In this document: positions 8,196-19,499 of the stretch, one piece after another
Position numbering within the stretch: position 1 is the first letter of the stretch
How the letters are laid out: each line of letters starts with the position of its first letter
NCBI GenBank assembly: GCA_964566535.1
Contig: CAZMIO010000003.1
Location: 62,001 to 89,152 of the forward strand
Reading direction: 5' to 3'
From: an uncultured Methanosarcinales archaeon
GTDB lineage: Archaea; Nanobdellota; Nanobdellia; Woesearchaeales; CAZOXR01
Length of the DNA stretch: 27,152 bases
Notes under the pieces: generated by a model
The model's input: the letters and a program-made list of their open reading frames with translations, nothing else
Database searches by the model: none
What the model was told of the DNA's origin: nothing
Made by a program: the position numbers and the translations under genes

Positions 8196-8774
8196 CTACT
8201 CAGTCTCTAAACCTGCTAACATCTCAACAACTCTAACATCTAATCTATCTTTTGCATAAGCAATAGCTTCTAAAGCATCACCAGAAAAATAACTAGGATT
8301 AGCTAGCATACCACGAACAGAATCAATAAAAGGAGAACCTTCTAATTTAGCACCTAATCCAGGAGTATGTGTCAAAACATGAATAGCAAGATCAACTTGC
8401 TCTTTAATACCAGGATCAACAGAAATACTTCTAAAATGTTCAGCAGTCTCGACATACTTACCACTCCCCCTATCAGCACCTTGCCCAGCAGCTAAACTAC
8501 ATTCATAAGGAAGATTTTCTTGAACTTGACAACCTCTTTCAACAGAATAAGGACACGGAAAAGCTAGCATTGGCATCCATGCACCAGCACCTTCATCATC
8601 ATGCAACATCCAATCAATAGTTCTCTCAACAAAAGCTTCAGGAGTAACACCCTCCCTTCTATTCTGATGTTCATACAATTGAGTAATATCACCAAGAGTT
8701 AGCCCAACAACAGGACCCTCTCCAGGATTAGGACAATCATTCACAAACAAAGGAGACTGTTCAAAATATCTCAT
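8196..8774 (-). CDS. Diverged paralog of the YkgJ/CxxCxxCC-family protein at 8830..9495
   Basis: Shares L.L.DI..LY, G.TPE.FV.R.ID, G.W.P.L..PCPY...C......PY.C, VDP.I and RLD.RV..L.G with the neighbour. Lacks most N-terminal cysteines. Confidence 0.75.
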   Translation of the reverse strand: MRYFEQSPLFVNDCPNPGEGPVVGLTLGDITQLYEHQNRREGVTPEAFVERTIDWMLHDDEGAGAWMPMLAFPCPYSVERGCQVQENLPYECSLAAGQGADRGSGKYVETAEHFRSISVDPGIKEQVDLAIHVLTHTPGLGAKLEGSPFIDSVRGMLANPSYFSGDALEAIAYAKDRLDVRVVEMLAGLETE

Positions 8775-8783
8775 TTTAATTAA

Positions 8784-8812
8784 AAGAAATCCAATCCAAT
8801 ATATAAAAAAGA
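8784..8812. repeat. 29-bp direct repeat containing a TATA box, copy 1 (copy 2 at 9502-9530)
   Basis: aagaaatccaatccaatatataaaaaaga is identical in both copies, each just upstream of a paralog start on the minus strand. Confidence 0.9.
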
Positions 8813-8829
8813 TGTTATTAAACTAACAA

Positions 8830-9495
8830 TTACTCACCATCTATTCCTTCTAAAAGCGCAAAAACTCTTTCATCCAATCTCACCCTAACCTCAACAATGG
8901 CGCCTGCCGTCCTCTCTTCAAATTCGCCAATATTTGCTAACAATTCACTAATCCTATGGATCTCTTGAGGATTATCTTGTGGTACAACTCCTTCTGCCAA
9001 ATAATCAAAAGCATCCATAATTCTTGGATCAACTATAATCCCTCCAAAATACTTAACAGTATCAGATATTAACTCCCTTTTCATACTTAACAATTCATTA
9101 ATCTCTCTTTTTCTTGATCCAGTTAGTCTTGTACCTTGATAACAACTTATTGGAATAGAAGAAACACCAGGAGGATCAGTTGAGAGAAGAACCTCTGGAA
9201 AAGTCCTACATACATATGGTCTATCCTCATAGGCATCACATTTTATATCAGTTAAATAAGGACAAGGTGAATTCAAAACAGGAAGCCACGATCCAAAATA
9301 CATTCCATCATCACTCACCCTAAAATCTATTACTCTTCTAACAAATTCTTCAGGAGTAGCACCTCCATTAGATCTAGAAAGCCTGTAAAGACCTATAATA
9401 TCGGGCAAGGCTAAATCAGCAGTTGCCCCTTCTTTAGTTCCATCAGGACAACACTCACCACAACCTTCATAACATCCAAATATCGGTAGCTCCAT
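8830..9495 (-). CDS. YkgJ-family cysteine-cluster (CxxCxxCC, putative Zn/Fe-S) protein
   Basis: CYEGCGECC ... PCPYLTDIKCDAYEDRPYVCRTFP. Start taken at ATG 9495, about 25 nt after a TATA box; the longer ORF would overlap proS. Confidence 0.85.
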   Translation of the reverse strand: MELPIFGCYEGCGECCPDGTKEGATADLALPDIIGLYRLSRSNGGATPEEFVRRVIDFRVSDDGMYFGSWLPVLNSPCPYLTDIKCDAYEDRPYVCRTFPEVLLSTDPPGVSSIPISCYQGTRLTGSRKREINELLSMKRELISDTVKYFGGIIVDPRIMDAFDYLAEGVVPQDNPQEIHRISELLANIGEFEERTAGAIVEVRVRLDERVFALLEGIDGE

Positions 9496-9501
9496 AAAAA
9501 G

Positions 9502-9530
9502 AAGAAATCCAATCCAATATATAAAAAAGA
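9502..9530. repeat. 29-bp direct repeat containing a TATA box, copy 2
   Basis: Identical to 8784-8812. Confidence 0.9.
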
Positions 9531-9538
9531 GTGTTATC

Positions 9539-10981
9539 CTAATAACTCTTAGCAAACAAAGGTTCTATCTCAGCATCCTTTCCACAATGTACACACTTAC
9601 CTTTCCTCTTCTCATGATCAAACGGAATATTCCTAGAACTAGCACCACCCGTCTTCTCTTTTATGTGGTCTTCACACGCCCCCTCACCACAAAACAAAGC
9701 CTTAGCCATCCTTTTGTCATCAATAGCCTTCTTCAACTCTTCCATATCCGAAACTTCAACAACATTATCTTCTAACAATTTCTTTGACTTCCTGTACAAA
9801 CTATCGTGCATATCAATTAACTCAGACTTAACCTTCTCACCAACTTTAGAAAACTGAACAAAACTCTTCTCAAGATTATCTCTACGAACTAAAACCACTT
9901 GATTCTTCTCAATATCCTTTGGCCCAATCTCAATTCTAATTGGAACACCTTTCATTTCCCATTCGTTAAACTTCCATCCAGGCCTGTACTCATCCCTATC
10001 ATCCAGCTTAACAGAATGACCTTTTAATTTATCCTTAATCTCGTGGGCTTTCTTCAAAACTCCTTCTTTACTCTCATCATTATATATAGGAACAATAACA
10101 ACTTGGGTTGGAGCCAATTTAGGAGGTAAAACTAACCCTTTATCATCACCATGAACCATAATCATTACTCCAATCATCCTGGTAGTAATAGCCCATGTGT
10201 TCTGCCATGCATACTGCTCCTTCTCATTCTTATCCAAAAACTTAATATCAAAGGCTTTTGCAAAATTCTGACCGTCATGATGAGCATCAGGTCCTTGTAT
10301 TGCCCGACCATTAGGCAAAAACAACTCAATTGACTGGGTATATTCCGCACCTGCAAACTTCTCACTCTCAGTCTTCCTGCCCTTTACTCCATAAAGTGCA
10401 AAATACTCCTTCAATACATCATCATACATATTCAGAATATCATCACATTCCGCTTCAGCTTCTTTCTTAGTAGCAAAAACAGTATGCCCCTCATTCCACA
10501 AAAACTCCCTTGTCCGTAAAAAAGGAACAGGATGCTTAAACTCCCATCTAACTACATTATTCCACTGATTAAGCTTCAAAGGCAAATCTCTCCAACTCCT
10601 AATCCATTTACTATAGCTTTCATACATTATAGTCTCAGAAGTAGGTCTGATAGCTAACCGCTCATCTAATTTAGTATCTCCAGCATGTGTAACCCAAGCA
10701 ACTTCAGGACTAAAACCCTCAACATGCGCTTCCTCTTTCTTCAAAAGTTTCTCAGGAATAAATAAAGGAAAATAACAATTCGAAACACCCATCCGTTTTA
10801 GCCTATCATCAACAGCCTTTACAATCTTCTCCCAAATAGCATAAGAATAAGGCCTAAACACCATACATCCAGAAACATCAGTATAATCAATCAGCTCAGA
10901 CTTAGTTATAACCTGAGTATACCACTCAGACATATCATCATCTTTCTTTACACTAACACCCTGCTTCTTTTCCTTTGCCAT
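9539..10981 (-). CDS. proS: Proline--tRNA ligase, archaeal/eukaryotic type
   Basis: RPTSET, RWEFKHPVPFLRTREFLW.EGHT, EKFAGA, GQNFAKAF, GDDKGLVLPP, a C-terminal Zn-binding domain and a terminal Tyr. Confidence 0.99.
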   Translation of the reverse strand: MAKEKKQGVSVKKDDDMSEWYTQVITKSELIDYTDVSGCMVFRPYSYAIWEKIVKAVDDRLKRMGVSNCYFPLFIPEKLLKKEEAHVEGFSPEVAWVTHAGDTKLDERLAIRPTSETIMYESYSKWIRSWRDLPLKLNQWNNVVRWEFKHPVPFLRTREFLWNEGHTVFATKKEAEAECDDILNMYDDVLKEYFALYGVKGRKTESEKFAGAEYTQSIELFLPNGRAIQGPDAHHDGQNFAKAFDIKFLDKNEKEQYAWQNTWAITTRMIGVMIMVHGDDKGLVLPPKLAPTQVVIVPIYNDESKEGVLKKAHEIKDKLKGHSVKLDDRDEYRPGWKFNEWEMKGVPIRIEIGPKDIEKNQVVLVRRDNLEKSFVQFSKVGEKVKSELIDMHDSLYRKSKKLLEDNVVEVSDMEELKKAIDDKRMAKALFCGEGACEDHIKEKTGGASSRNIPFDHEKRKGKCVHCGKDAEIEPLFAKSY

Positions 10982-11074
10982 AACCTCTTTGTTTTACACC
11001 ATATTATATAAACTTTTTTATCATTGTTTAGAATAAAAATATTTTTATATTAATTCAAATACTTTATTGATAAA

Positions 11075-11439
11075 ATGGCAGAAATAAACTATGAAGCACC
11101 AGATTGCATTGCTGGAAGGGATCTGGCAGCAATAGCTGGTGGAGTAGCAACAGTATTGGGATAGGCCACCCAATTGAAGTACACCCATGTACTGTAGATG
11201 GGGTCCCTGGGGTAATGGTTTATGATCCCAGCCAAAAAGATAGCCCACCTAATGGTGACCTGCCCTATGCGGCTTTAGTAAAACATACCGAGGGTTTAGC
11301 TTACACTATTGCTGTTGGAGAAGACAGAGATTCTACTGGCTTAACTCGAGAAGCCATTGATCAAGCTGTTTTAGATGTCATTGCAGGGCGCTCTCTAACA
11401 GAATGGGAAGCAGCAGTAGCTAATAGACCACAACCTTAA
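11075..11439 (+). pseudogene. Frameshifted hypothetical gene (about 121 aa if repaired)
   Basis: ATG 11075, about 25 nt after TTTTATAT, reads MAEINYEAPDCIAGRDLAAIAGGVATVLG to TAG at 11162. The -1 frame continues IGHPIEVHP... to 11439. Confidence 0.65.
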
Positions 11440-11497
11440 TTCTTATTTTTTCTACCCAAACCTTTATAAATCTCCCTACCCTAATATTATCCATAAA

Positions 11498-12253
11498 ATG
11501 AACAATAAACAAGTAGCCATTCTCGCAGCAAAAAAAGCAGACAAGATAATTCTAACTAACTACAACAAAATAAAAAAAGTAACCAAAAAAGCAACAAATA
11601 ACTTCGTAACAGATGTTGACTTAGCAGCAGAAAAAGCAATCATAAACACAATAAAGAAACATACCAATCATAGCATTCTCTCAGAAGAAATAGGCAAGAT
11701 AGACAACAACTCAGACTACAGATGGATAATAGATCCAATTGACGGTACCCATAACTACATGCACGGATTCCCTATCTTTGGAGTAAACATAGCCCTAGAG
11801 TACAAAAAAGAACTCATCCTAGGATTAATCACTCTCCCAACCCTTAACCAAGTCTACATAGCAGAAAAAGGAAAAGGAGCATACCTAAACAACAAAAAGA
11901 TCACCGTCTCAAACATAACTAACCTAAAAGACGCATTAATCATAGGAGCTAGTAAGCTATACAAAAAATCCTCATTAAATTATATGAAGAAAATCTCAAA
12001 AAAAATCTTCAAGATCAGAACAGTAGAATGTGCTGTTTTCGGTTTAGCAGTAGTTGCAGCTGGAAACGCAGATGCCTATGTCATGCTCCAAACAAATCCT
12101 TGGGATGTTGCAGCAGGAATCATATTAATCAACGAAGCAGGGGGCAAAATAACCGATCTAAAAGGGAACAAAGCAGACCAGTACTCCAAAAAATTAGTCC
12201 TTTCAAACAAAAAACTTCATACTAAACTTATCAACATAACAAAGACATTATAA
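11498..12253 (+). CDS. suhB: Inositol monophosphatase family protein (SuhB/IMPase-FBPase)
   Basis: VTDVD..AE, ILSEE, WIIDPIDGTHNY.HG.P and PWDVAAG..L..EAGG. Confidence 0.93.
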   Translation: MNNKQVAILAAKKADKIILTNYNKIKKVTKKATNNFVTDVDLAAEKAIINTIKKHTNHSILSEEIGKIDNNSDYRWIIDPIDGTHNYMHGFPIFGVNIALEYKKELILGLITLPTLNQVYIAEKGKGAYLNNKKITVSNITNLKDALIIGASKLYKKSSLNYMKKISKKIFKIRTVECAVFGLAVVAAGNADAYVMLQTNPWDVAAGIILINEAGGKITDLKGNKADQYSKKLVLSNKKLHTKLINITKTL

Positions 12254-12290
12254 GTGTTTACTAAAAACAAACAATATATTCTAAATCATA

Positions 12291-12304
12291 GAAAAGTTTA
12301 TAAA
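12291..12304 (+). promoter_or_regulatory. BRE/TATA promoter upstream of the purB leader
   Basis: GAAAAG followed by TTTATAAA. Confidence 0.65.
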
Positions 12305-12325
12305 TACCGAACAATCCCTATTACT

Positions 12326-12383
12326 CGTTGGGATTTTACCCTCAACGCAATTCCTCCCCCATTCATTTGGGGGACGGAATTTG
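12326..12383 (+). ncRNA. Two-hairpin structured leader of unknown family
   Basis: CGTTG-GG...CC-T-CAACG and AATTCC-TCCCCCA...TGGGGGA-C-GGAATT: GC-rich stems in an AT-rich background, starting at the expected TSS. Confidence 0.5.
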
Positions 12384-12399
12384 TTATATTAATAAAAAA

Positions 12400-14064
12400 A
12401 TGGAAATAACCGAAATATTCACAAAGAAGAACATAGAAATCCTAGAACTCCTAAAAAAAGGAGGACTTCACCTTAGAGATATTGCTGCTCAGTTAAAATG
12501 TTCGCCAGCAAAAGTCCACGACACAATAAAGCTATTCGTAAAAAACGACCTAATAAGAATTACTGAAGTAAAGAACAGAAAAATAATCACATTAAACAAA
12601 AAAAGCCAGCTCCTAAAAGAAATCCAAAACATTACCTCGACAGAAAAACAACCAGAAAAGCAAGAAACAGAAAACACTATCTCAATCTACGACTCAATTT
12701 CACCAATAGACTTCAGATACTACGGAAGAAATCCTGAATTAATCAAGAAACTTTCCCCTTACCTATCAGAAGAAGGATTCACAAAATACTTAGCAAAAGT
12801 AGAAGCAGCATTAACAAGAACACTAGCAAAAAAAGGAGTCTGCTCAAAAGAAATAGCAGACGAAGTTGAAAATGCAACAAAACAAGTAACAGCAGACGAA
12901 GTGTACAAAGAAGAAGACAGAATCAAACATAACATAAGAGCATTAGCAAACTCAATAAGAAAAAAAGTCTCTGACAAAGCAAAACCCTACGTTCACTTTA
13001 CAACAACTTCCCACGATATAATCTGCACCGCAGACTCTTTAAGATACAAAGATTTCACAAACAATGTATTATTACAATCATTACTAAATTTAGAAAATAC
13101 TTTAATAAATTTAGCCCTAAGAGAAAAAGCAACTCTCCAGATAGGCAGAACTCATGGACAGCATGCAGAACCAATTACATTCGGCTTTACAATAGCAAAT
13201 TACATTTCAAGATTAGGCTCAAGAATACAAAAAATAAAGTCCGGAGCAAACAATTTAAGAGGAAAGATAGCAGGAGCAGTTGGAGCTTACAATGCATCTT
13301 CATTATTCTTCAAAAACCCAGTAGAATTCGAAAGACAAGTTTTAGCAGAACTTGACCTAAAACCATCTCCAATATCAACTCAGGTAATAGAGGCAGAATT
13401 CATGACAGATTATATTCACGCAATAACTTCATGTTTCGGAGTATTAGCAAACATTGCAGATGACATGAGACAATTACAAAGATCAGAGATAGCAGAAGTT
13501 GGAGAACACTTCGAAGAAAAACAAGTTGGCTCCTCCACTATGCCTCAAAAGCGAAACCCGATTAATTTTGAAAACATTAAATCAATGTGGAAAGAGTTCA
13601 TGCCAAGAATACAAACTCTGTACATGGACCAAATCTCTGAACACCAAAGGGACCTAACAAACTCAGCCTCCTCAAGATTCATACCAGAACTTTTAGCAGC
13701 TTTATACATATCAATAGAGCGTCTAAACAAAGTAATGTCAAAGTTAGTTGTAGACAAAACTAATCTAGACAAAAACTTCGACCAAAACAAAGAGATGATT
13801 GCAGCAGAACCTATTTACATCTTACTTGCAGCACAAAACCATCCAGATGCACACGAAGCTGTAAGGGAACTTACAATAAAATCGCAAAAAGAAAAAGTTC
13901 CTTTATCTAAATTGTTAAGAGAATCAAAAGAACTAAAGCCGTATCTTGCAAAACTATCGATAAAACAAAAAGAGATGCTTGCAAACCCTGAAAAATATAC
14001 TGGCATCTCAATCCAGAAAACTGAAGCTGTTTGTAAGTTTTGGAAAAAAGAATTGAAGATTTAG
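12400..14064 (+). CDS. purB: Adenylosuccinate lyase with an N-terminal winged-HTH fusion
   Basis: ISPIDFRY, GRTHGQHAEP.TFG, GAVG.Y and the signature GSSTMPQKRNP. The first ~90 aa form an ArsR-like wHTH (LHLRDIAAQLKCSPAKVHDTIKLF). Start taken at ATG 12400. Confidence 0.95.
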   Translation: MEITEIFTKKNIEILELLKKGGLHLRDIAAQLKCSPAKVHDTIKLFVKNDLIRITEVKNRKIITLNKKSQLLKEIQNITSTEKQPEKQETENTISIYDSISPIDFRYYGRNPELIKKLSPYLSEEGFTKYLAKVEAALTRTLAKKGVCSKEIADEVENATKQVTADEVYKEEDRIKHNIRALANSIRKKVSDKAKPYVHFTTTSHDIICTADSLRYKDFTNNVLLQSLLNLENTLINLALREKATLQIGRTHGQHAEPITFGFTIANYISRLGSRIQKIKSGANNLRGKIAGAVGAYNASSLFFKNPVEFERQVLAELDLKPSPISTQVIEAEFMTDYIHAITSCFGVLANIADDMRQLQRSEIAEVGEHFEEKQVGSSTMPQKRNPINFENIKSMWKEFMPRIQTLYMDQISEHQRDLTNSASSRFIPELLAALYISIERLNKVMSKLVVDKTNLDKNFDQNKEMIAAEPIYILLAAQNHPDAHEAVRELTIKSQKEKVPLSKLLRESKELKPYLAKLSIKQKEMLANPEKYTGISIQKTEAVCKFWKKELKI

Positions 14065-14117
14065 ATTATTTCTCTATACTAGGAACACTTATAAGTTAAT
14101 TTATACTCTCTTTTTCT

Positions 14118-14753
14118 ATGGAAAATACATTAGTAGATATAGCAAAAGAACTATCCGAGAGATGGCACAGAGGTCACAAAAGACGTAGTGGTGATTCAGA
14201 CTATGTAGAACATTCAAGAAGAGTTGCAAAAAAACTTTCAGAACATGGTTATGGTGACACAGTTACTCAATGCATAGCACACCTACATGATACCATTGAA
14301 ATGACCGAGGATATAGAACTTGTAAGGGAACTTTACCACTATAAAGGGGACGATGATTATTCTGCACGTCTCCGTGACGCAATTGCTTTTAACGAAAGAC
14401 TAGCATTATGGCGAATGGGTATTGTTTACGCAACATTTGGTTCTGAAATCGGTGATGGCCTCTTTGTTTTATCTGAAAATATGGGCGATGTTGGAGAAGC
14501 TGGTGCAGTAAAAACTGATGCTTACAAAGAAAGACTTGTAAATTCACCTGATTTCGTTCAAAGAGTAAAGGTAGTAGATTTTTTAGATAATTCTACCGAT
14601 ATGGGAGTATACGGTTTTTTTTCTAGGCTAGATAGAATCCGTGAAGGAGATGGCTTTTACATCCCCATGGCAAGAAGAGTTGGTCCTCTAAAACTTGCAG
14701 AAGAACTTGAATTAGTAATTGGGAATGCACGTGATGAATTTGTAGATCTTTAG
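14118..14753 (+). CDS. HD-domain protein, RelA/SpoT hydrolase (Mesh1/SAH)-like, degenerate
   Basis: H.G..R.SG..Y..H...VA, AHLHDTIE and VK..D.LDN motifs. Confidence 0.8.
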   Translation: MENTLVDIAKELSERWHRGHKRRSGDSDYVEHSRRVAKKLSEHGYGDTVTQCIAHLHDTIEMTEDIELVRELYHYKGDDDYSARLRDAIAFNERLALWRMGIVYATFGSEIGDGLFVLSENMGDVGEAGAVKTDAYKERLVNSPDFVQRVKVVDFLDNSTDMGVYGFFSRLDRIREGDGFYIPMARRVGPLKLAEELELVIGNARDEFVDL

Positions 14754-14808
14754 ATAAGACTTTCAGTAAAACAAAAATATTATAAACTCTCTATCTATTA
14801 CATCACCT

Positions 14809-15909
14809 ATGACTAATCCAGATTACCAAAAAAGAGAGTCAGTTGCTGTTTCTGAGATAAAAAAAGCAATACCTAAAAAACTAAAAGCAGATATGATACC
14901 AGAATCAAATGGTCTCTTCACTGAACTTTACCAAAACAAAGTCTTCCCAAACCATTACTTAGCATGCGCAATCGACGGTGTAGGAACAAAACTTCTACTA
15001 GCAGACGCATTAGAAATCTACAACACAGTTGGAATTGACTTAGTTGCAATGTCAGCTAACGACCTAATAACTCTGCCAGGAACAACACCTTTCCTTTTCC
15101 TAAACTACTTAGCAATCCAAGAAAAGATATCTTCAAAGTCAGGAGAAATCCTAAAAGGAATAGTAAAAGGCCTAGAACAATGCGAAGCAGGAGATATTCT
15201 AAACAACAACATTAACATAAACCTAGGAAAAGGAGAAACAGCTTCTGTTGACGAATTAATATCAAGTTTCAAACCAGGATTTGGCTTCGATTTAGCAGGA
15301 GCAATGATAGGATTCATAGAAAAATCAAAGCTAAACATAAAAGTAAACGAAGGAGACAAAATAATAGCCCTAAAATCATCCGGTCCTCACTCAAACGGCT
15401 ATACAGACTTAAGACTAAACCTACTAAAAGGAGACTTCGAAACAAGACCAGAGTTCAAGAAAAACTACAAAGGTAAATTCAAGCTAGACGACCCATTCGA
15501 AAACTCAACAATTGGAAAAACATTATTAGAACCAACAAAAATATACGTAAAAACAATATCTCAAATTGCAAAAAAGTTCAACATAGTAGGAATAAACAAC
15601 ACAGGCTATGGATTAAAGAACTTAAACAGACTAAAAGGAAACTTCGAGTTCTTAATAGACAACCCAATTCCCCCACAACAAATCTTCAACCTAGTCCAAG
15701 AAGAATCAAACTTCACAGACGAACAAATGTACAAAAAGTTCAACATGGGAATGGGCTTCTTCATTATAGCAAACCCAGAAGATTCAGAAGAAATCCTAAA
15801 GATAGCAAAACAAGATTCACCTCAAATTGTAGGCGAAGTCCGTAAATCAAACAAACTAAAAACAACCCTAGTAAAAGACAACAAAAACATCGTTTTCGAA
15901 GGGTACTAA
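14809..15909 (+). CDS. purM: Phosphoribosylformylglycinamidine cyclo-ligase (AIR synthetase)
   Basis: DGVGTKL, GIDLVAMSANDL, GETA, FDLAG, SSGPHSNGY, LLEPTKIY and FNMGMGF. Confidence 0.96.
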   Translation: MTNPDYQKRESVAVSEIKKAIPKKLKADMIPESNGLFTELYQNKVFPNHYLACAIDGVGTKLLLADALEIYNTVGIDLVAMSANDLITLPGTTPFLFLNYLAIQEKISSKSGEILKGIVKGLEQCEAGDILNNNININLGKGETASVDELISSFKPGFGFDLAGAMIGFIEKSKLNIKVNEGDKIIALKSSGPHSNGYTDLRLNLLKGDFETRPEFKKNYKGKFKLDDPFENSTIGKTLLEPTKIYVKTISQIAKKFNIVGINNTGYGLKNLNRLKGNFEFLIDNPIPPQQIFNLVQEESNFTDEQMYKKFNMGMGFFIIANPEDSEEILKIAKQDSPQIVGEVRKSNKLKTTLVKDNKNIVFEGY

Positions 15910-16170
15910 TCCTCGTCAACCTCTTAAATTCTCCACTTACAGCCTCTCTAAGCCCAAAATCCAACCAAAAGATTTATATATCCTGCCCCATTGTTTTTCT
16001 TTAGGATTTGCCAAAAACAAGCCCTAAATCTCATCGATAAAATTTATTATTAGCTCACAATACAAACAACGATTTAGTAAAAAAACCATTAAAAAATTAA
16101 CCAATAAAAACTTTCCATCGTCTTTATTTAAAATTAAAAAATTTCAAACCATTGGAATTAAAAAATTTAA

Positions 16171-19007
<2,837 letters not shown>

Positions 19008-19123
19008 AATTTGTTATAAAAAATATTACATTTTGCAAAATATTAATGACTATCACGTAAAAACAAATAAGCATAATAAAAAACACAAAAAAACTATCAA
19101 TTTAAACATTTCAACCTAAAAAA

Positions 19124-19140
19124 GCGAAAGGTTTATAAAT
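19124..19140 (+). promoter_or_regulatory. BRE/TATA promoter upstream of the tRNA cluster
   Basis: GCGAAAGG followed by TTTATAAAT. Confidence 0.65.
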
Positions 19141-19239
19141 AAAATCAAAATATCTCAAAGGATGCAAAATAATCTTTCTTTTAGGGGGAACACTACAGTA
19201 CACCTTTTCCTAAGACAGATAGATTGTTATGCTTTTAAT

Positions 19240-19365
19240 GCCCTGGTAGTGTAGTGGCCATCATGAAGCCCTGTCGTGGATTACCATGGAAAGGCTTCGA
19301 CCCGGGTTCAACAAATGTTCATCCAATTCAAAAAGATTAACAGTTTGAAAGTCCCGGCCAGGGCG
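19240..19365 (+). tRNA. tRNA-Asp(GTC) with two introns (37/38: 19277-19291; 59/60: 19313-19351)
   Basis: Acceptor GCCCTGG/CCAGGGC, anticodon stem AAGCC/GGCTT, T stem CCGGG/CCCGG. Both insertions form bulge-helix-bulge motifs. Confidence 0.95.
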
Positions 19366-19389
19366 TTTTTTATCAACGCCATAAATTAA

Positions 19390-19485
19390 GGGCCGGTAGC
19401 TCAGCCTGGAAATCAAAACAGATTGGGGCAATAGAGCACTGCACTTTTAATGCAGTGGTCGCGAGTTCGAATCTCGTCCGGCCCA
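19390..19485 (+). tRNA. tRNA-Lys(TTT) with a D-loop intron (about 19410-19431)
   Basis: Acceptor GGGCCGG/CCGGCCC, anticodon arm CTGCA-CTTTTAA-TGCAG, T arm GCGAG-TTCGAAT-CTCGT. Removing 22 nt restores GCTCAGCCTGGTAGAGC. Confidence 0.95.
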
Positions 19486-19499
19486 TTACGATCAAAACA

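Noticed and set aside
9496..9555. Hydrophobic N-terminal extension of the YkgJ-like ORF
   Set aside because: It overlaps the proS end and contains the duplicated TATA promoter, so it is non-coding for this gene.
12328..12399. Extra 24 N-terminal residues of PurB from TTG 12328
   Set aside because: The region is better explained as RNA hairpins and the wHTH begins at ATG 12400. Not fully excluded, because the TTG lies near the expected TSS.
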